Below are positions 28,241-41,363 of a stretch of 64,000 bases of DNA, in pieces. The notes below the pieces were generated by a model. The model saw only the letters and a list, made by a program, of their open reading frames with translations, did no database searches and had not been told where the DNA came from. Made by a program: the position numbers and the translations under genes. Location: assembly GCF_009914755.1 (NCBI RefSeq), contig NC_060926.1, one strand, 5' to 3'. How positions within the stretch are numbered: position 1 is the stretch's first letter; each line of letters begins with the position of its first letter. Source of the DNA: the human T2T-CHM13v2.0 reference genome, Homo sapiens.

Positions 28241-31200
28241 CGATAGGGAAGTGGGAGTGTGCACTGTTCTATAGCCGAATAAGTATTGGTCAGGGATGGA
28301 AGATTCAAGTTATCAGCCCAGGACTGTCAGTAGATGGTTGAGTTTTGAATGGTCGTTTAATTTCTTGAGTCTTAATTCCGTTCATGAATTTCTTATTGGG
28401 AAATCTTTTCCCAATAATTCTTATTCTTATTTTCCCATAAATTCTTGTTTTTATGCAAATACAGTGTTGAAGATACAGAGTAGGCCAGGCATGCTCCTTT
28501 CCCCTACATTGCTGTTTAGCAGCGTTTTTACCTAAAACATTGTGGCTCTTGACATATACGTGCATTTCTCTCTTATGCTGGACACCAGTCTCCCTAGATG
28601 AAGAATGTGCTTTCCCCTCCCGTTCTTCTCCCACCTCACATAGAGAATTACTCTTTTAGACATCTACAATCTGAATTGGCATTGAAGAATAGAAGTTTAG
28701 TTGTATAGATGTTGATAAACTAAATTTTAGTATTTAAATGCTGAAATTATCAAAAAGGTAATTTGACAATAAAGAGGGAGAAGAATTTTTTTTATCTGTA
28801 AAAGGAGGAAATTGAACTGAATTGTCTTTTAAGATTCTTTCCTATTCCAAAATAACCTCTAAGTTTCTGTGCATCAAATCTTGGCATGACACTCAATACA
28901 GACAGTGCCCAAATTATGAAAGATCTGTATATATGAATGGGAATGGGCTGCATGAATTCTCTTCTTAGTGTTTGTTTGTTCCATACTTCAGAATGTCTGG
29001 GGAACATTTGACCTAGAGATTACCTTAAGTAAATGTAGAGCTAACAGATTGCCAACAGATATCTTTCTCATGGCTACCTCTTCGACCCCTGCCATGGCAA
29101 CGCTTGTTGCCATAGTAGTAGGCACAGATGGAGCCCTTCCTCCAATCCTCTACTGATGCCACCACTGCTGTGGGTAGCATAAGGGACTTCACTCCCATAG
29201 CCAGCTCAGAGGGAAGTGTGATCCTTCATTCCTGAATTGGAGGTTTCAGTGTATTCTCCCATAGAACATGGTTAACTATAACCCATCCAATAGAATGCAA
29301 ATTATTACTTACTAGTATGTTTTGGAGATACCATGGAGTAAACAAGCACTCTTGGCTAAGAGAGAAATGTAGCCAAAATTTATCAGTATTTTTTTTTTTT
29401 AAGAAAAACAAAGGCTCAACGTGCAGGCACCAAGTTTACAGACAAACTTATGGCATCAGCCTGTTTTCTAACTAGAAATTGCCTTGCCTGTACCCACACC
29501 CACAGTCATTGTCTACTTAAAGCTTGTTTCCATTACACATTAAAATGAATGAATTACAAACATTATTCATTAAGGTTTTGGCCACCTTTAATAAAAAAAA
29601 CCTCTGGGTTCTGGATTCTTCTATTAGAAAAATATGACTATGTCAACACTAGCAACTTGTTGGAAACTGGGCGTATATTTTCAGTGTAATTATTAATGCA
29701 ATCACCTCAATTCCTCTTTGGTATTAGGTTGCAAATAAATTATATAAATAAGTATTAATGCAATTATTAACTTGATAATTTTATGTACTATGTAGGCATG
29801 CAAGGAAATTAAACAAAGATGAAGGCTGCTACATTTGTTCATGTTTGGGATATACATAACAGTGACTTATTCTCTATATCATAAAGAGATAGAAGTGTAC
29901 TAGATAGAACTTTGTCTTCAGCTGTATAACTGAGTATGATTGTAAAAAAAAAAACTGAGTATGATTTTCATGGTGGTTAAGTTAATAACATGTCACTATT
30001 ATTTGTGCCCTTCTAAAACAGAAACCAAATAAATCATGTGTGTCCTAACTGGAAAGAAAGTAAAGGCAAAAAGCTGCAAACAAGCTAGTGGCTTACTTAT
30101 TAAGAAGCCAAGCTTTTGCTGTCAGATAGCAGTTCAGAGGTTCCTCTTTAACCTGTAGGGTTTCTTGCAGAAAAGAATACTGATCGCATGTGAATGTCTT
30201 ACTTCCTTCACAAACCTTTGAAAATATTTCCCAAAGATTGCGTTGCCTCTGCTCTTAGCTCAATAGCTCTCAAGGGAGTTGGCATCTCTTATCAGAAGCA
30301 CACAGCCAGGCCAGGGGCAGCCGGCACATTGAGAGGCCAGGGCGGAGTAATGGCCAAGGCCACCGGGCAGGTAGTGAAAGGCCCCTCGCTGTGTTAAACA
30401 AATGCAGTTTCCTTCCTGGCTTCCGCTGGAGCTAATTTTGTTTTTCACTTCTCTTCTGGTATATGAACAATAAGGATGTATAAGGCCATTCTGCCTGTGA
30501 GGAGATGTGCATTAGATTATCATAAATCCACAGATAAAAAGCACAGTGGTCAATGAGAACAGGCATTCTTGGATGAAATAAAAGGTTTAATTGAAAGTGT
30601 GGTCCCAGGGGAGACAGATGATTGAGCGTGGTATTGAGTAGACATTAATTACCATAGTCCAGAGAGTGAAAAAAAAAAAAAAAAAGGAAGACCGTTCCTT
30701 TTTTTTTTTTTTTTTTAAAGTTTCCAAATCTGTTTCTCTTTGAGAGAATATGGGAGATCATCCTAATAGGATGTTAGGAAAACAAAATGAGTCTTGCTTA
30801 TACACAGTATTCTTAGAATACTATTAATGTTTCTTAAGAAGTAGCAGTTGATTTTTCTAATAGATATTTTTGTTCGAAGTTAGAGATCTAGACAAAGTAC
30901 AATGTGTACTGTTATGCTGAATAATGGTTTTAAAAGATATATGCATATTGAATTATAACACATTAGTAAATGATTTGTACTTATTCATAAATCTAGAATT
31001 TTTCATTCTTTGGTTATATCTCTCAGCATTTTTTTGGTAGGCTGAGATTTTCTTCTACAATTTAGCAGAAAAAAATGAAGTCGAAAAGGCATCTGAACAT
31101 ACAGTCTTCATTAAATATTAGGCCACTAGTTTTGCATTGCTGAAATATGGCTGCCTTTATAAATCATACATGTTTGTTTAGCTAGTGCCCTACTTTTGAT

Positions 31201-32808
31201 GTGGCTAAAATTATGGGAAGAACTCTACATCCACCGGGATAACGGATGGTGTCAAGAACTGCCTTAACAAGAAAATAATTGGTCAGGTGTCTCTTTTAAC
31301 AGTCATTAGCATATTTGAATTATGAGTTTGGTTCTTCTTTCGGGTCAAATAGAGTATAAAAGTATTCTGAATTATCTGTACCTAATGTGCAACGGTTTTG
31401 AAAGGACAAAAACTGGGAGACTGAATATATTAAGAGTATGTTACTTTGTGCTTGCTTACAAACTGCTTCCCAATTCCGTTATTTAAGAAGAAAAAATAAA
31501 AAAATAAAAGCACCACCAACTGTCAGAGCAACTTTTAGTTGGCTTTTCAGTTTTATTTAGAACAAATGAATTTGCTCCCTGAGTGAATTTAAACTTTTCA
31601 ATCAATTGTTTAGATGTTGATGTAGACATAGTCTTAGTTTTAAATGTGAAAAATTGCTTTTTTTGGTTTAATTTGAACAGGGTAGTTGCCAAATAGCACC
31701 AGCTGTCATAATAAAGTAGAAGTGAATGACAGATTTACTCCACCCCATATCAAAACTCAGAAGCGGATATGGTGATCAAATGAGCCAAAGTAAATGTAAG
31801 ATCTTAGAAACATTTGCAAGCTATTTTCTTGCATAGCTCAGCCCTTCATGTGTATCAAAGTGCAAACAGGTTACGGTTATGCTTAGCACTATTATGGCAA
31901 TGGAAAAAGGGGAATCACTTTGTTACTGTAGATATGCCAAATATATTATCTAATGTTCCAAAATACCATTTGATGATGGTGATGGTGGTTATAGTGAATC
32001 TTGTTTTTACCAAATACACTACCAGTCTATAAGATGGTATTATAAAGTATTGAAACTAGAAGCTTAATTAGCAGTTTATGAACTGTTTTTTAATTTTAAT
32101 GAGAACGTGGCACATACTGAGCTACAATGGAAGAAATAACTGCAGGAGCACTTGTTGACAATGTTCTTTAAAAAATATGTACCATACACTTGTTCTTAGG
32201 CATGGCGTTGGGATAAGGGACAGTGGCATAAACATAAAAATGGAGTGGTCTCTGTTGCCCTTAAAGTCCTTAAAGATGTACATAATAATAAATAACCATG
32301 ATATAACGTGATTAGTGCTATGCTTTTATTATGTATAGAGTGTTTTGAAGACCTAGATGAGAGCCACAAACAGCAGGTGACAATTAAGATGGGATTTGAT
32401 AGGTAAGAGTTTGCTAGTGGGTGGCAAAGCAGGGTAAAGAGAGAGCATAAGTTTTAGGTGGAGAGAATCCCATTTAAATAGTTAAAGAAGGTATATGTAA
32501 CATTTGATTAATTCCAGTTTCCTTTACTAAACATGATAAAAAGTTTAGGTGAGAGGTGTTGAAAACTATGATTTTGGTAGATAAGATGAAAGACATAGTA
32601 GTCGCTTTTGGGAGGGAACTTAAATACAATTTCAAAGAGGTATTGTGGCAGAGAAGTGTCAACAAAACATGTATGAAGTCATCGCATAACGAATACTTAC
32701 TAGATGCATACATTCTGCTGGATGCTAAACAGGAATCAAAGTTGAATTAAACATAATTTCTGCCCTTGATGAGATCACAGTGGTATAGCAGAGTTAAGAT
32801 AGACAGGC

Positions 32809-33277
<469 letters not shown>

Positions 33278-34269
33278 TTATGTGCTGAGACATAAAGCAT
33301 ATTTTGAAATATTGTGCAAAGAATTCTTAATTCCATTACCCCTTCATTGTGAAATTTCTTTTCAGTTGAATATTATGTCAGCACTTGATATATACACACA
33401 TGAAATGTGTTTTTTTCCTTATGTATGATTTCATTAAGTATCGTAAAAATTGTGGGTTTGCGCCATCAGGGAAATGATTGACTAAAAAGATTCATCCACT
33501 TGTGGTGCTTCGATGAGTCTTTCTTTTTCATGTATCAGCAAGTAAAAACGGGGCTGTGATGGATTAATTTGAAAAAATTAATTCCTTAGGCATGAACTGA
33601 ACTGAGATAGTACTTGTTTAGTCTTTGAAGCATACTTAACTTTGTTGGAAAATTAAGATCCATTAGTTCAGGGAAGAAAGAAGTCCTGCTCAACCTACAT
33701 CCAGCAAAATATTGATTGGAAGTGTGCTGAACTTTTAAACTTCTTGTAATTACACACTGATTTTACAGGAATTAAGGCCATAGAAATTGCTCCCTTACCC
33801 TTGTCCTGCTTTTCTATACATATAACAGCACGGGAGAGGAACACTTGGAAGATGAATACTGAGGAAGAGTAATGTGAAATAAAAGACAATATTCAGTAGC
33901 CCGAGCCAGTATTTTAGGGCTCTGGAGCCACCTGAACAATCCCCTTCAAGAACCTGGCATGAACAGTGCAGGGATATGCAGGAAGAATTTTCCTGAATCT
34001 AGGCTATGTATTTCCCTACTTCAGGAAAATCTCACAAACCAAGATGCTACTCTGAGGTTCAGAGCCTAGAAGCAATATATGTGTCAAATAGAAAATGTGA
34101 TACCTAAGAGAAGGGAAAGATGTGATTCAGAGAAATATAAATTCTATAATATATCATTAACCCTTGATAGGTCCCATGTGTTCCACCCTCCTCCCCCTAA
34201 AAATGGCATCCAGTTGGTGGATGGGATTATTAGTTTTTATTCTTTACTTTCAAATTGCAGCATTATATA

Positions 34270-34650
34270 GCTTTGGCATAGCCCCATGGTGTTTGGAGAG
34301 TACTTTCCAACCATAGGCTGTGGACTTGGCCATGCGAATTCATTTGGCCAATAAGATGTTAGCAGATATCACGTGAGCAAATTCTTGAAAGGTTATTTTG
34401 TTTTTTCTTCCTTTTATCATGTGATAAATATACTTCAGGCATGTGGTGGTCCAAGGAAGATGGGAGATATGTGGAGCAGACGTATACCTAATTCATAGCT
34501 TGGAGGCAAGCCTACATGAGCCTAGCATATATCAGCCAAACCTCAGCCAACCTGTAGATATATGAGCCAGCTATAAATGCTTTATTGTGCATATCATAAT
34601 TTGGGGATGATTTGTTATGCAGCATTTGTGTGACAGTAGCTGACTGATAA
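34270..34650 (+). mobile_element. MLT1 (J/I-like) LTR
   Basis: tggccaataagatgttagcaga...ataaatgctttattgt...tttgttatgcagcatt...agtagctgactgata matches an MLT1 3' end. Confidence 0.7.
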
Positions 34651-36595
34651 ATTCCTTCACTTTTCCTTATGAATTAATTCTGGGTAGATTTCCCCTCTCC
34701 CTTCAATTTGTTTGTAGTATGATGATAGGAAGATATATTCACATTTTAATTTTAATGGATTTGTCATCCTCTATAAGACCTAAGTGACTTCTTATTTTAT
34801 AGTCAGTTGTATCTGACAATTTTAACAGAGTAATTGATTTAATTATTAAGATAAAAGGCAAATTATATGTTTTTATCTACAAATGACATGTTGTAGATAT
34901 GGTAAGAACTTTTTCATTAAAATAGTAAACATGTACTGTGAATTTTAAGTGGTTGTTACCCACTGAGATTTCTCAATCTCTACTTGGAATTTCGAATTAT
35001 TTATCATTAACAGCATACTAAAGGGGATTGGTATCCAGCAGGAATCACATTAGATGCAATTCAAACGTGAGAGAAAAGGATGGGGTAAAAAGGGCTATGC
35101 TTTTATTGTTTGATTTTCTTAGAAGCTTTAACCAACGAAAAGAAACTCCCCGCTCATGCCCCTACAAAAATACTGCCTCTTTTCGAGGCTGTGGTAGTAT
35201 TGTTACTACATTATAGCATAATTTAATAAATGTTACTCCCTGAGCCTTAAAGTGAAATACATTCACTGGGTCCTCTAAGGAAAATGAAGATGATTGAGAT
35301 GTAATCCCTGCCTTTAAAATCCTTGAGTTGGGAAGAAAGCTATATTATCTTTATTAAGAGAGTTATTGTACCCTAAATAATGGCACATATACCTAAACTT
35401 GAGGTGGCTGTGTAGAACACTCTCAAATTTCTACTCTACTGGTTTAAGATTATATTTTTTAACTATGGCACTTCCTAAGATCTCAGTGAAAATATCCAGT
35501 AACTAATTGTCTTTCTGTACAGAAACTTCCCAATCCAACCCTCCGCCGCCCCCGCAAAAAAAAAAGAGAAAAGAAATTTCTCATATGGAAATGAAACATC
35601 ATTTATCCATTTATGGAATAAAGACAAGACTCAATTCTACAAATTTCAGAACGTACCTGCTGCTCTGCATCTTTAAAAGCCAGCATGAGGCAGTACTCCA
35701 CTTTTGTGATACTCTGTTTTTAATACTAATTGTGAAATATGTCATTTACACAGAAGTGTGATGTAGAAATAATGGAACTGGAAGGTTTAATCATGCAGCT
35801 CTGTGGCATCTCTCAGACCTTGCTGGTGACCTACAAGGTATCTCTGTCCTCTGCTCCTTTCCCTCTAGCCCATTCTCCCCCATGTTCTCTAAGGCACCAT
35901 TGCTTTAAGTGTATGCTAGGGAAAATTTCTACGGCATGCTCCGTGTAAAGTTGTTTTCATGGCCAGGGAAGTTAGGAAACCCTGCATACTCTGTCTCCCT
36001 CTCAAAGACTCTGAATATGTTTTAACTTTAAAAATAGCCTCCAAGAAGTCAAAAAAAAAAAAAAAAAACACCTTTTCCCCCAGATTTTTTCATCATAGAC
36101 ACCCTCATTCTCTCCCCATATGCGATGGCTGAGAGCCTGTATATTAGACATTGGATTGATCCAAGTTTTAGAGGGAGCCAGTTTGGTTGCCTTCGTTGGT
36201 TTCTGAAGCCAGCCCTAAATGGGCACAGCCTTGGGCCAGACCTCCTGGGGAAGCGCCAGCAGCCTGTGGATTGACTGTCCATAGCGAAGGGCACCTGCAC
36301 ATCAGTCGGTGCCACCCTTGCTTCCTGGGTGCAAGTCTCATCTGTGGATACAGCAGGCACCGTAGCCCATGTACTCACTTTAATGAGATGCTCTGTACTG
36401 TCATTTATGTTTCATTCTTGTCCTTGATGTTGTGCTATCTTTTAAAGATGTTACATGCAGGTAGCCTGGCATCAAAGAATTTGTGATAGCAAAGATATTG
36501 GAAGTATCTTCCTAAGGGCCCAGCTTCCCAAATAGGCTACTTCTCAGGATCAGGCCCATTATGCTCCCTTTTAAGGTTATTAAATTGTTACATCA

Positions 36596-37243
<648 letters not shown>

Positions 37244-38204
37244 ACAGTCATGTATTTTAATCACTAAATTATTGCATGTAAAATATAATACTTAAGACAG
37301 GTCTAATCAGGTTTCTCTAATCTACTTTTAACAGAAAGAAGTAAAAACAAAACAAAACGTCCTATTGTTCCTCAATATAAACAAAGCAAGTTGTAGTTGT
37401 ATAATTTCATATTGTCTGAATTATAAAATTTCTATTTGTTATTTTTCATGACACAAAATATTATATTCATTTCTTTAATCTTTATCTGGAAAGAAAAAAC
37501 TTCCTTGTGTCACTAAACATTGAATTTTCTGATCTTTCAAGGTTATATACTATATTCGGGGGAGAGGGTTACTGTAGGAATCTTAAATCTGACTTGCTTT
37601 ACTTTTGTTAGTTTTAATCTCTGACTTAATATTATATTAAGGTACAATATTACATTAAGGTACTGACTAAATATTACATTGAACAGGCAATATGGAATGG
37701 CCATTTTCTGATTTTTATTTTCTAGTATTAGATTAATCCTTTACTTAAAGAAAATTGGTTTTTGGTAAGTTGAGTCAGAGATCGGCTCTTGCTTTTAGTA
37801 GTTTCCTCCCTCTACCCCCTTTCATGGGGATGGGTTTTTAAAAACATGAAAAAAAATGTCTGAATTATAAAGAATGTCTAGAATTGTCTCACTCATATCT
37901 GTCTTCGAAAATTATTTCAAAGGAATAGATACAGATTTCAGGAAGTCACATAAGGACGTATATTTAAGATAGTCACATTATTGGACTAACTATAACCTAT
38001 ATCTTAAAAGTTTTCTTTTACTGAAAGTAAATACCAGAGCTGGTTACACCGAGCTCTGTGAAACTCTTCTCTTATTTATTGCAACGTTAACTTACATTTT
38101 TCCTTTCTTTATGAGTGACGTAATATTGAATTTTGAGTTAACTCTCAACAAATTAGAGTACAATTCAGATGTGTGTGGGTTTTCTAATATATATCAGAGA
38201 TCAT

Positions 38205-38410
38205 AGGGCTATACAGACAATACAGACATACATAGTCTATATTCTAATTTATTTTTGTTGTCTATAGCTAGACAATATAGAGTATATATAATATTGTCTG
38301 TATTCTAATGTATTTTGCCCTCTAGACTATATAGTCCATATTGTCTATCTATCTATATATTCTATTTTCTATCTATAGTCTATCATCTATATTGTCCATC
38401 TATATAGTCT
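38205..38410. repeat. Degenerate low-complexity TCTA/TAGA-rich region
   Basis: Recurrent gtctat, agacaata and tctatcta motifs in both orientations. Confidence 0.6.
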
Positions 38411-39503
38411 GTGTTGTTTAGAGGGTGAAATACTTTAAAAGATCATCTACATACTTGTAAATCACCAAGATTACATCAGCAGTAGTAAGGGAAATGTCCT
38501 TTACTATTTAGTATAATAAAAATGATCCTCCTTAGATCACCTTTTTCTTTGACATGTGCCTGCTCATCTCTCATCTTTTTCTTTTCTTTACCCTCAGAAA
38601 AGTACAATTGAAAATAAAATGCCTCCCTGCTGTTGAAATGAGTCTCTGATCCCTACTCTAGGATGATATCCACATTCTGAATTTTATATAATCCAATTGG
38701 CCAAAAACCTTTCATGCTTATAATAGCTACCCAGTGCTTCTTCAGAAGATTAAATAATTTCAGAAAATTAAGTGTCTTGCAGGTGTCTTATCCTTTCATT
38801 GTTGTGAAAATTTATTTAGCTGTAACAAAAGTTTTGTCACCTTAAATTTCTTAGAATTTACTTAGGCAAAAGTTAACAATGGATAAGCTTATTATAAAAT
38901 ATCCTGGCAGAATTGCCAGATATGGCTTTTGCTTTATATATTTTAAAAGTTATTCTTTTTTTAAAAAAAAAAAGCTCTTTTGTTTGAGTTTTGGTAATTG
39001 ACAAAATGATTGCATGTGAAACATAATTCTTACATAAAGTAAGCTGCTCACAACACAGACTAATTACACATTTGGGAGGCAAGGCAAAGACATCCAGAGG
39101 TTGCTCGTGCTGAGCCAAGAGCACAGCATTTAATGAAATGAGGGCCATAAAAGGTTCAGCATGGATGCTTTCAGGTCTGAGCTGGGCTTCTGGGAAATTG
39201 GATGTTGGCCCTGTGGACTGGTGGATTCCCCTGGGCTTTGAAAGGCTGGGTTATTACCACTTGCATGCGTGAATCAGGCACTGCTTTGCAGTACAAGACA
39301 TTTGTGATTCCAGAGATGGCCTTATTTGGAACACTCTTAAGGTAATAGTATGGATGTCTCCCCAGTCATCCATCTTCCTTCCTCTCTTTCTTCCTCTCAT
39401 GCCAAGTAATTACTTTTGATATTTGTTTTCTAAAAAATGGTTAGTATATCTAGCGAGGCCTGACCAGGTAGACTCTTCAGTTTCCTCTTTCCGATTCTTA
39501 AAC

Positions 39504-39605
39504 CCATGTTGGCCAGGCTGGTCTCAAACTCCTGACCTCAAGTCATCTCCCCGCCTCGGCTTCTGAAAGTCCTGGGATTACAGGCATGAGCCACTGTGCC
39601 TTGCC
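39504..39605 (-). mobile_element. Alu left-arm fragment (about nt 1-100 only)
   Basis: ccatgttggccaggctggtctcaaactcctgacctc...gagccactgtgccttgcc, with no right arm or tail. Confidence 0.88.
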
Positions 39606-40017
39606 CCATCCTGGATTCCTATATAAGTAAAAGGAAACATTTTATATATGTACCAATAAGTTTGTTTTCTACCACCCGTCCTCCTCTGTTCATCCCACAG
39701 AGATCATACTTCCTCTGGAAAATTAGCTGCCATGTAACTAGAAATATAACAATTACAGGATTCTCCAGCAGTTCATTCTGACCAACTAAGTGTTCAGTCA
39801 TGAACCTGTGGATCTAACACTTTTTCATCTTAATTGTGCTGAAGTATCTCCTATTTTCTCCACTCAGAGATATCTGGCATCCCTCACAGTAAAAACTGCC
39901 ACCCCTTCCTGGGACTTGGAAACATATGAACAGGCAGCAATGCAGCCTGTTGCTAAAACACCTTCTGGGCCCTGGTTGCTTTGAATTTGACTGCATTTGC
40001 CAATTGTTGATTCAGGG

Positions 40018-40233
40018 CAGTAGTTCTTAATTGGAAGTGATTTTGACCCCAGGTAACATTTGGCAATGTCTGAAAGCATTTTAATTGTCACAGCTTGGGG
40101 AAGGGGGTACTGCTAACGTCTGGTGGGTAGTAGCCAAGGACTTGGTCAAATATCAGGCACTGCATTGGACAGACACCCACAACAAAAAATTATCAGGCTT
40201 CAAATATCAGTTGTGCCAAGGTCAAAAAAGCCT
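40018..40233 (+). mobile_element. MER20 (hAT-Charlie)
   Basis: cagtagttcttaa...gattttgaccccaggtaacatttggcaatgtctg...ttgtcacagcttgggg...ttgtgccaaggtc. Confidence 0.85.
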
Positions 40234-40436
40234 AAGTTGAAGGTTCTGTATGACCAGCCCTGGGCAGGTGCTGGGCATTAGGCCTACACCTATGCAGGGG
40301 AGGCATTAGAGCATCCATTCTGGGCCTGGCTCTGGGAATCTCAAGGACAGAGCCTCTAGTGGCAAAGAATAACAAGTAATGAAAAGATTTAAAACTAAAT
40401 GAAATTCACAAGATTTCCCTTACTACGCCAGCCAGG

Positions 40437-40439
<3 letters not shown>

Positions 40440-40485
<46 letters not shown>
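40440..40485 (+). repeat. (TG)23 microsatellite
   Basis: Perfect run. Confidence 0.97.
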
Positions 40486-40486
<1 letters not shown>

Positions 40487-41039
40487 ACACGCTTGAAATC
40501 TGTGAGTGGAAAGAGCTGTTGCCTGAAAGATGGAAACCAGGAGAATCCGAGGTCTAGATGTGCCACTGCTTGGGGGTTCGTCATATCACTAAGGTCTGGC
40601 ATTTAGGGCACTTGGTAGTACTTTATACCCATTTCCATTTTGCTACAAAATGCTGTCTGGCAAGATTTGAGTTTAATTTTGAGAGTTACTGGTTGAACCA
40701 GGATTCTTGGAGGGAGGCATTCAGCATATTGATTTTTTTAATGTTAGATAAAGGGACATTTATTTCTAACAGAGGAAATGGCTGTGTTAACTACTGTAAT
40801 GGTTTCCTTTACCATTTGGGAAGTTTGCTATTATTAGAGGGCACTAATTATGGCTTAAGCCTGGTACAGCATAAGAAAGATATAAAACATAACTGTACTT
40901 GGGTGGAGAATGTAAATGGCATAGTGTCTTACTGTCATTGTAGAAATCTGTCCTGGAATTTCTTGAGGGTCAAATCATGGAATGGACAAAAGTTGAGACA
41001 CAAGGATACAGTATAGTATGGCAGTGAAGAGTCTGACAG

Positions 41040-41363
41040 TTGAACTCACAGAGTAGAATGGTGGTTACAGGCACAGAGGAGGAGGAGAGTGGGGAAATGT
41101 TGGTCAAAAGACACAATCTCAGTTAGGAGGAATAAGTTCAAGAGGTGTATCCTACTACATAGTGACTATAGTTAATAACGTAGTTTATACTTGAAAATCT
41201 CTAGGAGAGTAGAATTTAAGTGTTCTCAACACACACACATACAAATTCGTAAGAATATAAGGTAATGCATATGTTAATTAGCTCAATTTAGCTATTCCAC
41301 AATGTATACATAGTTTAAAACACCATGCTGTACTCCATAAATATATATAATTTTGTTTTGTCA
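41040..41363 (+). mobile_element. Old L1M (L1MA-type) 3' end, interrupted by the L1PA insertion; it resumes at about 45762-45812
   Basis: gagtagaatggtggttac...aggaggaataagttcaaga...gtgactatagttaataa...ttccacaatgtataca...aattttg(t)tttgtca, continued by attaaaat after the second TSD copy. Confidence 0.8.

Noticed and set aside
40558-41016. 152-aa intronic ORF
   Set aside because: No recognisable domain or splice context, and consistent with chance.
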